Of a stretch of DNA of 59,856 bases, positions 23,607 to 37,210 are shown in pieces (the stretch's first letter is position 1; each line of letters opens with the position of its first letter). The stretch spans positions 28,911,673-28,971,528 of the forward strand of contig NC_068989.1 of assembly GCF_001194135.2 (NCBI RefSeq). The letters run 5' to 3'. This stretch comes from Octopus bimaculoides. Its lineage: Eukaryota. A program made the translations under genes and the position numbers. Under the pieces are notes generated by a model, which did not search any database, was not told the origin of the DNA, and saw only the letters and a list, made by a program, of their open reading frames with translations.

Positions 23607-23830
23607 TGTGTGTGTGTGAGAGACTTTGTTTCTGTGTATGTTCCCCACCACTGCTTGAAAACTGGCGTTGGTGTGTTTATGTCTCCATAACTTAGCAGTT
23701 CAGCAAGAGAGACTGGTAGAAAAAGTACCAGGCTTAAAAAAAATAATACTAGGTTGATTCATTTGACTAAATATTCTTTGAGGTGGTGCCCCAGCATGGC
23801 TGCAATCTAATGACTGAAACAAGTAAAAGA
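23367..23830 (+). mobile_element. Near full-length tRNA-derived SINE, family B (CORE-like core, internal (TA)n/(TG)n)
   Basis: A box (tgtggtaagaagc), B box (ggctcagtcc), core ggcaccttcggcaaatgtctt, internal microsatellite 23528-23618, 3' end ...gactgaaacaagtaaaaga. Confidence 0.85.
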
Positions 23831-25757
23831 TAATGAACAAATTACAATGTGAATAATAACATTTGTCTGTATCATAATTGTAGGGGACTAGATGATGTGT
23901 TGGTATTCACCACAAAGCCACTGAGATTTATAGTTGACTCTGGCTCTTTGTGAAATACATTAAAAATTATTAACAAAAACTCTTCAATTTCTCCTTTATT
24001 CATCACAATTGTAGATAATTTATTGTAAAGTTTTATTCCAAAATTCAATTTAAAAAAAAATATTTTATGAAGTTAGTTAAAACATCTAAATATTTACTAA
24101 GGCCTAAATCTAAAACCAAATGCTTTAAAAGAAATTATTGTACATATGTAAAGAAAAAAAAAAGCCTCATATCATGTAGATTTATATTCCTGTAAAGATT
24201 TCATATCTTTTTGTGTATACCATTTCCTGTTTCATGAGTGCTCATAACAGAGTTCACTCTGTTGCAAGTATCATTTGGACAAAATCGTGGCTCCTTCTCT
24301 GTTTGTTTTTCTGGAGAAAATGACCTAGAGATGGTCAGGCTAGGCATCAGTAGCATCAATTTCACCAGTCTGAGAAGACCTGCAAAGGTCATGGACACAG
24401 CTCTTAAAGAATATATATCTCTGTGAAGAATGATTAACATTGTAAAATTTAAAGGCTGGTAGGTAGACAAATGGAAATGAAATGTAGAAATGGGTAAATT
24501 CTTCTACTGGAAAACCCAAAAATGCTGCTAAATCAATACCACCCCTCCATGCCATCCTTATCTACTATAGTTAGTGTTGCTGCTATTAGTCACCTCAACT
24601 GTTTCTCTTCATGGCAGCTTAGAATTTACAAATAATGGTCATGATAAAGAAATATTTCTGCCATTGATGTTTTCTAAATTTTTTCTAACGAAATATTGTG
24701 TGTGTGTGTATCAGTTTTCAAACTATAGCTATCAATTTGAAAAGCACATTTGTCATTTGTCTTGTTAATATAGACTAGAAAGTGTTTTTTTTTTTTATTT
24801 TAAAAAATTTATTTAACCTATATGAAAAACAGCATTAAATCTTCTTAAAATAAGGCTATTCAAAATTGTTGAAGTATAAATGTTCTTGAAATTGCTCTGA
24901 TTCCATACAGTTCTCAATTTTATGAAGATATTGATCAAGTTTATGAGGAAATGATTTTCAAGATTAAATAAGTAAAATTACTTTTATAATTACGGAGAGA
25001 TAAAACTCTGTAGAATATATTTCACTTGCTGTGCTCCTAGCAAGCAATTATATTTAGGCTATCGAGGGACATTGCTGCAACATTATTTTCTGTTGTTTTT
25101 AGCCTCTCTTTTACTCTTTTCTATTTCTCTCCATCTCTTCTTGAAAGTACCCAGTTTCAGATTAGCTATTGGTACTTTCTAATCATGCAAAACCAAGTAT
25201 TATTATAATTTTGCAGATGATTGGTTATTTATATTGATCATTTGGATATTTTTAATTTTAAAAAAATTTTGTAGATTTTATTTTTTCACATAATTAAAAA
25301 CTCCAAAAGCTGTATATATGATTATTAATTTTTTAAAGATAAAATTCATTTATATTTACACAATTTTCATTATTTTTCAAATTCATATTTAATTTTCTTT
25401 TTTCTTAATTTGTTAAATCTATATAACATTTTTAGTCAATGTAAAGCTGTTAGTACTGAGATTTTTTTCCTGTATGACTGTCTGATATAAAGAATTCAGA
25501 ATTGACATATCTCATCAGGCAGAGTTACGATATGGGGGCTAAGAATCCCAAATGTTGTGATTGTACTGAATTGATATTTATTTTGATTATTCTCCCCCCA
25601 AGTTGTTATTTTATAAGTGAATAACTGTTTATTAATTTTGTTGCAAACACTTTTTAGTAGATGCAGTAATTGCAATTCATTAATAAAAAAAATAAGAAAC
25701 TTATGTGCTCACAACAAATATATCTATATGTTATACACATAAAAGTACATGCGCGTG

Positions 25758-25759
<2 letters not shown>

Positions 25760-25839
<80 letters not shown>

Positions 25840-25883
25840 TATAATTTACTAATCCATTAAAAAAAAAAAAAAAAAAAAAAAAA
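25760..25883. repeat. (CA)n microsatellite and poly(A) run
   Basis: Direct reading. Confidence 0.95.
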
Positions 25884-27809
25884 CACTGTATAATGATTTC
25901 TAATCCAAATCTTCATGTTTCTGACCTCCAAACAATGTTTGAATAAAAGAAAAAAACTTAAATAAAGCAATGAATTATTAAAAAATTTTTTTTACAAAAA
26001 ATGATAATTGTTATGAAACTGCTTTATTAAAAACTGTGGAAACCTGTTTGTGAGGAAAGAACTTTACATCTGTTGTGCGAAATTCTAAGGCTTGGTGGGA
26101 TGATTATACTGATCCTAATACTTCCTGTAATCTGGGTATAGATTTATTATTTCACCACTGTAATGTTCTTACTTTTCCAATAATAAAAGATGTTTCTGCT
26201 TATAAAGTGTTTTCTTCCAAATTTTTGTTGGACATAATGCCACCTTCTATGTGTTTTCATATAAAACCAGTGCATGGTTCAATTGTGTTCACTTAGAAGA
26301 AGTTTCATAATTTCTTTGTTGTCTTTGCTTTGCTATGGTTTCAATCTGCCCAAAAGTTTCATTTTTAACCCATATGGACATGTGCGTGCATACACACACA
26401 CACACACACACACACTCTCTCTCACCCCTCCACATGCACATGTATACACACACACACACACACACACATTTAATAGCTATAGTGGTTTGTACAAAATTAT
26501 ATAATTGTAAGTTTACAGTCAAAATATTTTAAAATAGTTTTCTTTTATAAATTAAAAAAGGATTATACCACACTTTAATTTTGATGAAAATCTTTTTTTT
26601 TTTTTGCATGTATAGTTGTATTATGTTTATGTCTTGTTTTCAACACCAGCTAGTTTTAAGATGTTCTAGTATTGAATTCTTAATAGACTGAAGGAAAGAA
26701 GATAGATAGAAAGTCAAATGAGACATTTCATTGATTTAAGTTGAAATATTACTGAGGTTCAGTTAATCTTTTATTCTAGCAGTAATTATAAAGTAATTTT
26801 TATCAACCCAGATAGAATAAAAAGGTCAATAACTTAGGTTTTTATTGATTCCAACACCCTGTTTCAGTTATGAATGCTTACCACATGATGCTTTGTCCTA
26901 AGTCGAATTTCAATATATTTTGAAGTCTACTAATTTTTTAAAAAAAACCTACAATTTCATAATTCTTTTCATATTTTTCATCACATTTTTCATCTTCTTT
27001 GAATATTCTTCAATATAAGATCATTTAAAGCACATTTCAAGTTTTCATTATATATCAGATTTCTCATTGTGATCAGCATCAGCCTGTTTCACTATACTAT
27101 TAACATTTGAAGTCTGCTAAATTCTTTACTTTGCCGACAATAGGATCATAAAAATTTCAAACCAGCTGTCAGTTACTTTTTTTTTCTACATTCTAACCAT
27201 TTCTTCTGTGGACAAGTATTTTAATTCAAATATATTATATAGCAACATTTCATCATCTGAAATTTTTACATCTGAATTGAATCTAGCAACATGTGTATGT
27301 TTGTGAGGCAGAATGAGTTTTGTGGTGTTTTTTCTCCTTGATTTATACATAAGGCATTGAGTGCCATACAACAAATTTACTACTCCCAAATATCCATTTA
27401 TAGCTCAACAGTGACAAATAAAAGCAGATGATGTGAAATTATTCCTCTTACAAATTCTTCCTGTTATTTCGCTAAGGATTTAAAGGTAAGAAGTTATCAA
27501 TACACGGCATAAATAAGTTTAGTGATACAAGAAAATATTTTTTTTACATATACACCTTGTTGGGTGTCCCCTACTGAAATCTTTTACTTTTGTTGGTTGA
27601 TAAGAAATGGGAGGAATTGATCAACAAAGACAGAAGACTTAGAGTGCAAGAGAAGCTAAACATATAAAAAGGGAACCTATTAGTGTGTGTGTGTGTGTAA
27701 AAATATCATTTTAAAAATTATTAAATGATTATATATTTATATATTAGTGTCAGTATTACATGATTATCTGTTTATATATCAATGATTGACTAAGCTAGCC
27801 CTTTGAATT

Positions 27810-27960
27810 ACAGGTACCATCTATCCAATGGGCTTCCACACAGTTTCTGTCTACCTTATATCACTCACAAAGTATGGTCAGTGTTAGACTACAGTAAATG
27901 ACAGAACCCAAGATGATATGCAGTGGGATTGAAGTGGGGACCTCGTGATTGCAAAGCAAA
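27810..27960 (-). mobile_element. Degenerate SINE family B fragment
   Basis: ccatctatcc...cttccacacagtttctgtctacc...cactcacaaag...cccaagatgatatgcagtgggattgaa is the reverse complement of the family B head. Confidence 0.55.
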
Positions 27961-30489
27961 CTTATTGATCCTATCACTATGCCTATCCCTTTCCTCCATT
28001 TGACAAATAACATACCATTATTTTGGTTTGGCATGAAATACATTAGTCTTATTCTTCTATTTGTTGTTTGAGATTGGAAGCTGGTCGTCATACTTTTACT
28101 AGTAAAAAACTCCACAAACGACTGTGTTTCAATCAACTACTTATTTATCACCTTATTTTATTTGTTTCTTACAAATATCTGATCTTAATCAATGTAACCT
28201 GACAAAATGGATCCAAATTAGAGGTACAATATGTGTCTCAAAGCTGCTTCAGTTCCTGGTTGAAAATCATTTCACTCATCTTTGCTGCTAAATATCTATA
28301 TTTTGCATAGCACCAAATCAGAGCCAAAGAAAGAACTTGTATTATGTTGGTTGCTGAACCTGTTTCAATTAGCTGACAAATGCCATCCAAAACATACCAT
28401 GCAATCTTTTTAAAAAAAAGTACACATCAGGTAGTGTAATCCTAGATACATAATATCTGGAAAAAGACTGGACATTTATGGCTGTAATGTCTTTGGCCAT
28501 AGGTTTGCTTAGTGAGAACTGGTTTGGGATTTACACAACAGCAACTATTTAATTTCTTAATTCTCTCTCTTTTTCTAAAGGGCTCTGTTGTGAGTATATA
28601 GTATATGTATTTTTGTGTGTATACATGCTTGTTTGGTGTCTCAACATTTTGAGTTGAATTCCCCTTGGGCTAATATTTCAGTTGACTTGTTCTCTCCTTT
28701 TCCCTTACGAATCAGCCTCCTTACTAAGTAAAAGAAAAACAACAACAAAAACCAACTAAAACAGAAGCAACCCCTAAACACATGTTGCAGGTACCACAGA
28801 AATTGCTTATTTTACCAAACATATGGACAGTTGAGTTACTACTAATAACTTTTAATATCAGGACATTCTATTCCTTATTTGATTCTTGAGATAAAATTGT
28901 GTTGAATACTTGTTCATATCTTCCATAAATGAATAAACTTCTCTCTCCCTCCTTTCTCCCTCTTCCTTTCTCTCGCTCTCATGTAGTGCTCAAACCAATG
29001 TCAAGGATTCCTGATCACTCTAAAGAACAAAAACAAAAAAAATAAAATGAAAAGAACAACAAGAAAAAATACCATAGAAAATGTCATTATGTTGTGGGGA
29101 ATAGAACATTTTATATTTCAGGCAGGACTTTTTAGTGAAAATTTAAAAAATTTTGGGTTGCTGTTGTTTAGCTCTTGCCAGATCAGCACTGAGATTGACT
29201 GAGGTTTATGATCAAAAGGATTCCAACTGTGGTCATCAGCATTTTTTTTCTTCAGCTACAATGTATTTAAGATTTAAAAATATATCCTATCTTGTATTAA
29301 GGTAGGAAAGTGTAATTTCAGAGAAATGTTGTTGATATTTCTAGAAAGCTGAGTGACTACATAGATACTCCCTTTATTATTTTTGGCTCAGTAGCAGAGC
29401 ATCTTTAGATTTTGTAAATTCTAGCCATTAACTTTGGTTTTTGTAGATAGAACAACCAGCATGCTGCAAATACTACAATCACTGTAGATCTATTTGTAAT
29501 TTATGTCTTATAGCTTAATTTGAGAACAATAGTGTTGTTGATTGCAGGTCTCTGATGGGTTAGTTACTGCATTTCTGATGGTATGAGTAGATAAAGGCTT
29601 CTCCAACTCAGTGAAATAAATCTCATGCAAGGATATTTTTAATAAAAAAAAAAAGATACATAAATATAAGAAGGAAGAAATTCTGCCAAATATTCATTCT
29701 TTCAAGAGAGAAAATTGGTTATTTATTGTTGTCTGACCTGCATGTCAGCCATGTTTACAGGTGTTATAGCTACTGTCATCCTTTTTAATTTTTTTTTTTT
29801 TTTTCAGGAATAATCTATGTAGAACTACACAGTCAAATGTGTGTGTTTTTTTTATTATTATTAATTTGAGTGAAATTTGACTGCTGTTCTAGCAAGTGAA
29901 AGAGTTGTATAGAGGCTGTATTGTGAGCAGTTTGGGAAATTTTTCTTTTTTCTCTTACTTGTTTCTTTCAAAAATATTTTGTCAGTAGTTTGCTTTTTCA
30001 TTTTGAAGAGAGCTCAAGATAGAAAAACTGTCATGCATATAGTCTACTGTTATGTGCTGAAGTCATTAACTGATCAAACGATTGCTGGTTGATCTTTTAA
30101 TACATTGCAAGTAATTAACAAATTAGTGTTAGCAGGCACATAAAGAAGTGGTGAATTAGGGAACCTACTGGGACAGTACCTTCATTTTAGTCAATTATAT
30201 TAACCCTCCCAGGATGTGACTTTGTTTAATCAAGCTCAGAATGGAGAAAGGTAAAGTTAAGATTTAAGATAGAACAAAATTATCACATGGTACTTTTGTT
30301 TGATACACTGATTCCCTCGTTTATAGGCAAGTTTAGTTTCCATTTACCAGATTTTATTCACAAGGCTTTGGTTGACTTTGGACTATGGAAAAAAATGACA
30401 TGGACCTAAAAAGTTGCATACTAGAATTGAACCTGGAATCACATTACAAACAAAACTTCTTAAGCTCACAGACATAGTTGTATATAGAT

Positions 30490-30960
30490 AGTACCAGTAA
30501 AGTACTGGGGTTGAGGTTGTCAAGTAACTCCCTTTCCCAATATTTCAGCCCTAGTGCATATGGTAGAAAGGATTATGATGATGCAAGCTGGCAGAATTGT
30601 TACCACGCTGGGCAAAATGCATAGTGTTATTTAGTCCATCTTTTATATTCTAAGTTCAAATTTTGCCATGATTGGCTTTGCTTTTCATCCTTTCAGGGTC
30701 AATCTAATCAACTTACCCTCTCCCCCAAACTTGCTGGCCTTGTATCAAAATTTGAAACCATTATTATTATTAATGATAATAAGGTGGTGAGCTGGCAGAA
30801 TCATTAGCACACTGGGCAAAATGCTTAGCGGCATTACGTCTGTCTTTATGTTCTGAGTTCAAATTCCACTGAGGTCGACTTTAACTTTCATCTTTTCAGG
30901 GTCAATAAATTAAATACCAATGAAACACTGGGATTGATGGAATCGACCAGTCCCCGCCTT
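30490..30960 (+). mobile_element. Head-to-tail cluster of about three SINE family A copies
   Basis: 3' fragment at 30490-30565, then copies starting at ~30583 and 30781 with the same B box, core and (ATT/GAT)n spacers. Confidence 0.85.
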
Positions 30961-30964
30961 CTAA

Positions 30965-31315
30965 ATTACCTCTGCCTTAGCGAAGGCGGAGTTATTGTTT
31001 TCAGCTGTGTTTGTCTGTTTGTTTGTTTGTCTGTGGACAAGATATCTAGATGGATTGCATGAAACCTTCAGGGATGTTTGACCTAGTAACTGGCACGAAC
31101 TGATTAGATTTTGAGATCGATCCAGTACCAGACAAGGGTTTTTCCTGTTTTTTTTCCTTAATTTTCGAGAGTGGCCAGGTTCATTTTTAGTATTCTTGTT
31201 TGTGAGAGCAGCTGAGTTTATTTCAGGTATTCTCATTTTAAAAATCATCTCCAGCTAATTGTTGAGAAGACATTGGTGTTGCCTTGACAGAGGTCTGCAC
31301 TCTCTGAGTGTTCTT
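30965..31315 (+). mobile_element. Non-autonomous Helentron-associated (HINE/DINE-1-like) element
   Basis: 5' ATTACCTCTGCC with hairpin ctctgcctt-agcg-aaggcggag, an internal (GTTT/GTCT)n tract, and 3' subterminal inverted repeat cttgacagaggt followed by ctgcactctctgagtg. It interrupts the tail of a SINE. The layout matches the established HINE/DINE-1 architecture. Confidence 0.7.
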
Positions 31316-31334
31316 GTTGTTGTTGTTGTTGTTG

Positions 31335-31376
<42 letters not shown>

Positions 31377-32018
31377 GAACAAGTAGAAAGATAAATTTTA
31401 TTCAACGCATAGATACTGAACAGTATAGATATAAAGGATAAAATCCATTTTTCTTTTTAAGAGCAGAAAAATTTGTCGGCAGCCATTATTATTATTATTG
31501 TTATTATTATTATTATTATTATTGGTGGTGGTGGTGGTAGAATATTAAATATGATAAGGAAAAAAGAATAAGAAACTTCACCCTGCACAACACACTGTCA
31601 GTGAACTATGACATTGTAGCTTTTTTCCTTCTGATTTGACCAGTAAACATACAAACTACTGTACCAACAAGAAGTGTCAGACATCTAGCCTTTATGCATT
31701 TGGAAGAATTCACCAGATAAATACTTGATTATGAACCTACCCATATTCAATCCTGTTTTACCACTATCCTTATCACAGTTTCGTTTTCATTCATCAAGGG
31801 CTCCATGTGTAAAGGATTGCATTGGATCTGTTTATATCTTCACCCTTTCTGTACTGCTAACTACCATTCCTCTTCTTGGGCTACTTGTTACTGGTATCCA
31901 TTACTGTCTTGCCATTGTCCATCTGTTACCATCTATCATTTTCTTTCCTTCTCCACTTCAATCTCTCTGTTTTTACCATCATATTCTTGTTCTCTTCATT
32001 CACTTATCTTCTGTCATT

Positions 32019-32052
<34 letters not shown>

Positions 32053-32639
32053 CATCTAGGTCATGTTACCTAAAATGAACAAAGACAGTGCAAAATAGTG
32101 CACAAAGTAACCTTATTCATGCTGGTGCTATGATAAATAAACCCAGTGCACTTTGTAAAGGGTTGTGATATTGGGGAAGGCATCCAGTTGTTAAAAACCA
32201 TGAAAAAAAATATGAAAGTCCTCCAACCCATCTAGGAGAGCAATAACTTGAAATAAGAATTGACTGTGACAACCTCTTCAATCCAATCTAGCAAGGAAAG
32301 TGTACATAAAATAATGATTGACTATCAGTGTTTCAATAATATTTTACAATGAGATAAGTACAAACCAGACTTTGAACAAGTTTTGTTAAAGAGTAACTTT
32401 ACTTATTGCTTAGTCAGTAAAAATATAAATTTCTTTCATCTTTGAAATATTAGAAAGAACCTTAATTGTTTTTTTTTGTTTTTTTTCTGTTGCTGAATTT
32501 GGTTGATGTTTTGGAACTGCAAACCCTATTTTGTCATTTGTTGTTCATGTATATACAATTTAATTTCCATATAATAAAATTACAGAGGTTGTGAGTGTAG
32601 TTTGGAAAAGAAATGTTTCTTTCATGACTTAAATTGGAG

Positions 32640-33070
32640 GAGGGTCAGCATCCATGACCTTCATTCACACTGCCAAGATCAATACACATTCAACTTAAAC
32701 ATCTCTAAATAAATGTCTGCAGGAAAAACGAGTAGGAATGGAATTCCAAAGAGTCAACATTGTGTAATTAGGCTTAGTGGTTAGTGGGTGTTGAGACAAT
32801 GGAAGTATTTATGTAACAAACTAGTTCTGTGGAATGGGGACCATTGAAGTAGTGATAGAATGATCCAAATAAGCATATGGCATGACTCTGGGCCTGATGT
32901 TATGTATTAGTGAGTGTTTGCCAATTAGTGAAATGTTCTTTTGTATGGGGTCTAGGATGTTTGAAAAATAATGGAAGAAACTTGATATTGATGATATCTT
33001 TCAAATTCAGAGCAAGAGCAAAATCCTATATGATGGCATTGAACTTATTGTAGATGCAGTTGACAATTAG
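32640..33070 (-). mobile_element. Old CR1/L2-like LINE 3' fragment
   Basis: Minus-strand translation TLWNSIP..FPADIYLEMFKLNV resembles the LWNSLP...F....L..FK..V C-terminus. Confidence 0.5.
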
Positions 33071-33384
33071 TATAGTTATACCTAGTTGTTGTGTGGTTCT
33101 GGCTCATCCCTGATTGAGCAGATGTATGACCAAAGACATGACCACCCTGACTTTTTACTATGAGCAAGGAACCCAGAATCATTATCCAATGTGTCTTATT
33201 TCTAAGGCAATGGAAGTAATATGGCTACTATTTCTTGTGGGTGTAGTGACCACACAGAGATTCCAGTGCCACCAACTTATACAATTAGATCAAATTTATA
33301 TCAACTTTTTGACTTTATTATGATGGTCCTCTTTATCTATCACCATGGTGGCAAATAAAAGAAATCATTATCATGTACTGGAAT

Positions 33385-35405
33385 AAGGTGGTGAGCTGGC
33401 AGAATAGCTAGCATGCTGGATAAAATGCTTAACGACACATTGTTCATTTTTATGTTCGGAGTTCAAATTCTGCTGAAGTTGACTTTGCTTTTCATCCTTT
33501 CAGGGTTGGTGAAATAAGTTCCAATTGAGCACTGGGGATGATGTAATTCACTTACCCTCTCACCCAAAATTGCAGGCCTTGTGCCAAAATTTGAAACCAT
33601 TATTATTATTATTATGATTGTTGTTGTTGTTGTTCTTATTATTATTAAAGCGGTGAACTGGCAGAATTGATAGTGTGCTGGACAAAATGCTTAACAGTAT
33701 TTTGCTCTTCCCTGTGTTCTGAGTTCAAATTCCACTGAGATCAACTTTACCTTTCATCCTTTCAGGGTTGATAAAATAAGTACCAGTTGAACTCTGGGGT
33801 CGACATAATTGACTCTTCCCCTCCCCTAAAATTGCTGCCCTTGTGGCAAAATTTGAAACTTATTATTGAGTGAGAGAGCAGCACATGCTATCAAAGTGAC
33901 ACTGGGGTACAATTATATGAAGACCAATATACCCGTTATGTCTACCCATCTGATAAGGGCACACCAGGCACATGCATTACAACATGTAATCTTATATCAA
34001 AATAAACAGCGCGTGGCCTTGCAGGTGGGGCCCAGTTAGAATTTACTTCAGGTTGAGTAGCCTATCCCGCCCCAAAAGGTCCCTGAATGAGGGTTGTTTA
34101 AGGATGATGAATGAAACACCCATGTTTCCAGAGGTGAACTATTCAAACCCCAAAGAATTCCTCACAACACATGGCTATGATGCTCCCCCACTACTTCTGC
34201 TCATGATCAGAGATGCACATATCGTCAGCCACCAACTGGTTACTGTCAAACAACTGACAAGTAAATCTGTAGTGTTGAGCAGAATATTTACTGTAGCCCA
34301 TCTTTTATACCAAGACAAAACAATGTACATGATAACACTTCCAATCAGTTAAGATTAGAAGCCATAAGAGCCTCTGTCTGGTATTGCATCAGGGCATTAT
34401 TATTATTATTCGTGCTGGATGAAATGGTTAGCTGCATAAATACCTGTTGAGCACTAGGGTCAGTGTAAATTGACTACTAGCTTCCTCCCACAAGATTTCA
34501 GGCCATGTGCCTACACTAGAAATAATAATAATAATAATTATTATTATTATTATTAAGGCAAGGCAGTGAGCTCAGCAGCATTTCATTTGTTCAAATTGTA
34601 CAAATTCGGCTGAGGTTGACCTTGCCTTTCATCTTTCCATGGTTGATAAAATAAGTACCAGTTAAGTACTGGGGTCATTGTAATCAACTCATTCCTTCCT
34701 CTGAACTTGCTGGCTTTGTGCCAAAATTTGAAATCCTTATTATTATTAAAGCAATGAGTTGACAGAATCATTAACATGTCAGACAAAATACTTAGCAACA
34801 TGTCATCCATCTTTGCATTCTGAGTTCAAATTCCACTGAGGTTGATTTTTGCCTTTCAGCCTTTTGGGGTCAATGAAATAAGAAGCAGTCAAGCACTGGG
34901 GTTGATGCACTGGACTAGGCCCCGCCTCAAAAATTTCTGGCCTCGTGCCTAAAGTAGAAAGGATTATTAAAGTGATGAGCTAGCAAAATCATTAACACAC
35001 TGGCAGCATTTTGTCCATCTTTAAGATCTGAAGTCAACTTCGCCTTTCATACTATTGGGGTTGATGAAATAAGTACCTGTTAAGCACTGTGATTGATTTA
35101 CTTGACTAACTTCTACCCGCTAAATTTCTGGCCTTGTGCCTATAATTAGAAAGGATTATTGTTGTTGTTGTTGTTGTTGTTATTATTACTATTATTATTA
35201 TTATTATTATTATAATATGTAAGGCAGTGAGCTGGCAGAACCGTTAGCATGCCAGATGAAATGCTTAGCAGTATTTTGTCTGTTGCTACATTCTGAGTTC
35301 AAATTCTGCCAGTAAAATAAGTACCAGTTAAGTCCTAGAGTTGTTGTAATCAACATACCCCCTCCCCCAAATTTCAATCCTTGTGTTGTTAATAGAAAGG
35401 ATTAT
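33385..35405 (+). mobile_element. Array of about seven SINE family A copies, all + strand, separated by (ATT/GTT)n and interrupted by a ~520-bp element
   Basis: Copies start at about 33386, 33648, 34412 (partial), 34556, 34748, 34968 and 35221. Two tail types occur (aaaatttgaaacc and tagaaagg). Confidence 0.88.
33870..34397 (-). mobile_element. Unclassified ~520-bp interspersed element inside the SINE array
   Basis: GC-richer block bounded on both sides by (ATT)n, with no coding signature. Single copy in the window, and orientation is inferred from the tail position. Confidence 0.4.
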
Positions 35406-35746
35406 TGTTATATGTAAATGCGAAAGCCAACATCATGTAGAAGCAAATTCTTTAGAAAGCAGTTTATAATAATTTTAATTATATCATTAATACTTTTGAA
35501 TATTTAATAGATGTAAGTGTCACTAACATCTGATAAGCATAAAACTTCATTATATATATCATTATTTCTCTGAGAGAGCACCTATCTTATCCTCAATTTT
35601 GAAGTGGAAAATTAGTTATTGTGTGTTTCATATTTTTGTGGATTTTTCTCTTTTAGTGACACCTCACCCATTATACAAAATATAAATATTTTATGTAATT
35701 GTCTGTAATGTTTTTTCTTATTTTTTGTCATTTTTTTCCTCCTTAG

Positions 35747-36011
35747 AAATCTGTTAAGAAATCTCTGGCAGGAAATGGATCAGTAGCTGATGAAAAGCCA
35801 TCTGCAAAGGTTTCTAAAAGGAAAAAGTCTGAGTGTACTAAAGAAAATTCTGATACTAAAACGGTTTCTCAATCGGTTTGTAGTGATAGCTCCAGTCTTG
35901 AACATTTGCAGGCACAGCAGAAACACCAGAAAACAGTCTCCAGTTCAAAGACTTTGTCAACATCAAAACAGAGGGTGTCTCCACCAGATCAAGATTCTCA
36001 CTCAAATTCAG
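35747..36011 (+). CDS. KDM4: KDM4 coding exon (KSVKKSLAGNG...DSHSNS), linker
   Basis: Polypyrimidine tract plus ccttag acceptor, open frame, donor G|GTTTGA. Phase 0 to phase 1 links the giant exon to the 39962 exon in frame. Not captured in the correct frame by the ORF track. Confidence 0.8.
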
Positions 36012-37210
36012 GTTTGATATTATTTCTTGCTTTTGTTCTGTGTCCTAAGAGTGCCTTTTTGTCTTTTGTTTACTAATTTCTGTATGTCAGTAATGAAAAT
36101 TAATCTTTGAAAATATGTTTAAAAGTTGATTTTGACTATATTTTCACCATCTTATCCTTTCGCTATTCTTCAAACTAAGTTTAGCTGGAAGCTCAGTCTA
36201 TTCTGAGTGTATTTGTTATAAAAAATGTGTTTTACTGCTTAATTCAGTTTTCTTTTTTATTTTTATTTATTTATTTTTTTATTAAGTGGTATAAAATTAC
36301 CTATTTAATCCATATACTCTGTTCGGCTGACAGCAGAATTAGGAGAATGTTAGATAAAATACTTTGTACTTTTTGATTACATCCCTATTTGTTTTGGCTT
36401 CAAATCTCATCAAGTCTACTTAGTTTTTCATCCTTTTGAAGCTGATGAAGTAAGCACTAAGGTTTGAACTGCAGTTTAACCAATTTGTTACTGAGTAGCA
36501 GCAAAATTCTATAAGATGGCCTGTAATTTATAGCTTAAATACAAGTGATTAAACTACACATGTAGATTTAATAGAGTTTACAATCAGGATAGTTATATGT
36601 AGTTGCTGCTTAGTTAAAGATCAGTCCTTAGAAGACAGTACCACCATGTGGATACAATTTGAAACCAGTAAAAGAAGAAAATAAAACTAAATAATTTGTT
36701 TACTTCTTCATGCTTTATGCATTTGTTTAATTCTAAAATTTAATCTAAGCTTTTCACAAAATACTTTTGAGTGCTGCTAGTGACTTTTGCTCGAATGACA
36801 AATCTTGAGCACAAAGATTGCCAATTAAGTCTTTACTACAAACACTTCACAGTTGCAGTATCCTTGTTGTTTCAGCTTGGTTTTGAGTTAACAATGCAGT
36901 GTATTATATAGCAGTGGGTTAGCACGTGATACTGTTGCTGTGTCTCTTTTGATATCTATCCTCTTGATACAGAGAAAGACTTGCTCAAGGGACACAGGCA
37001 AGGTTGTTATGAAACTACCTTCATTTCTTGATATTTATTAGCAGTTGTTGGTAACAAGCATGGAATTAATCCTAGTGAGGGAATTGACTTTGTTGCTATT
37101 TTTGTGTTTGTTTGTTTGTGTGTGCGTGTGCTATGGGTCAAATAAATAGTGATTTTTATGATGGTGCTTTCATTACATCAGGTTATAAGGGTATCATTGA
37201 ACTATATATC

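Noticed and set aside
26040-26296. Complex-looking block that might be a missing KDM4 exon in the 26.6-kb intron
   Set aside because: No open phase-0 frame with good splice sites. Exons 9126 and 35747 already join in phase.
34378-34392. CTGGTATTGCA match to U2 snRNA 3' region
   Set aside because: Only 11 nt, and the surrounding sequence does not continue the U2 alignment.
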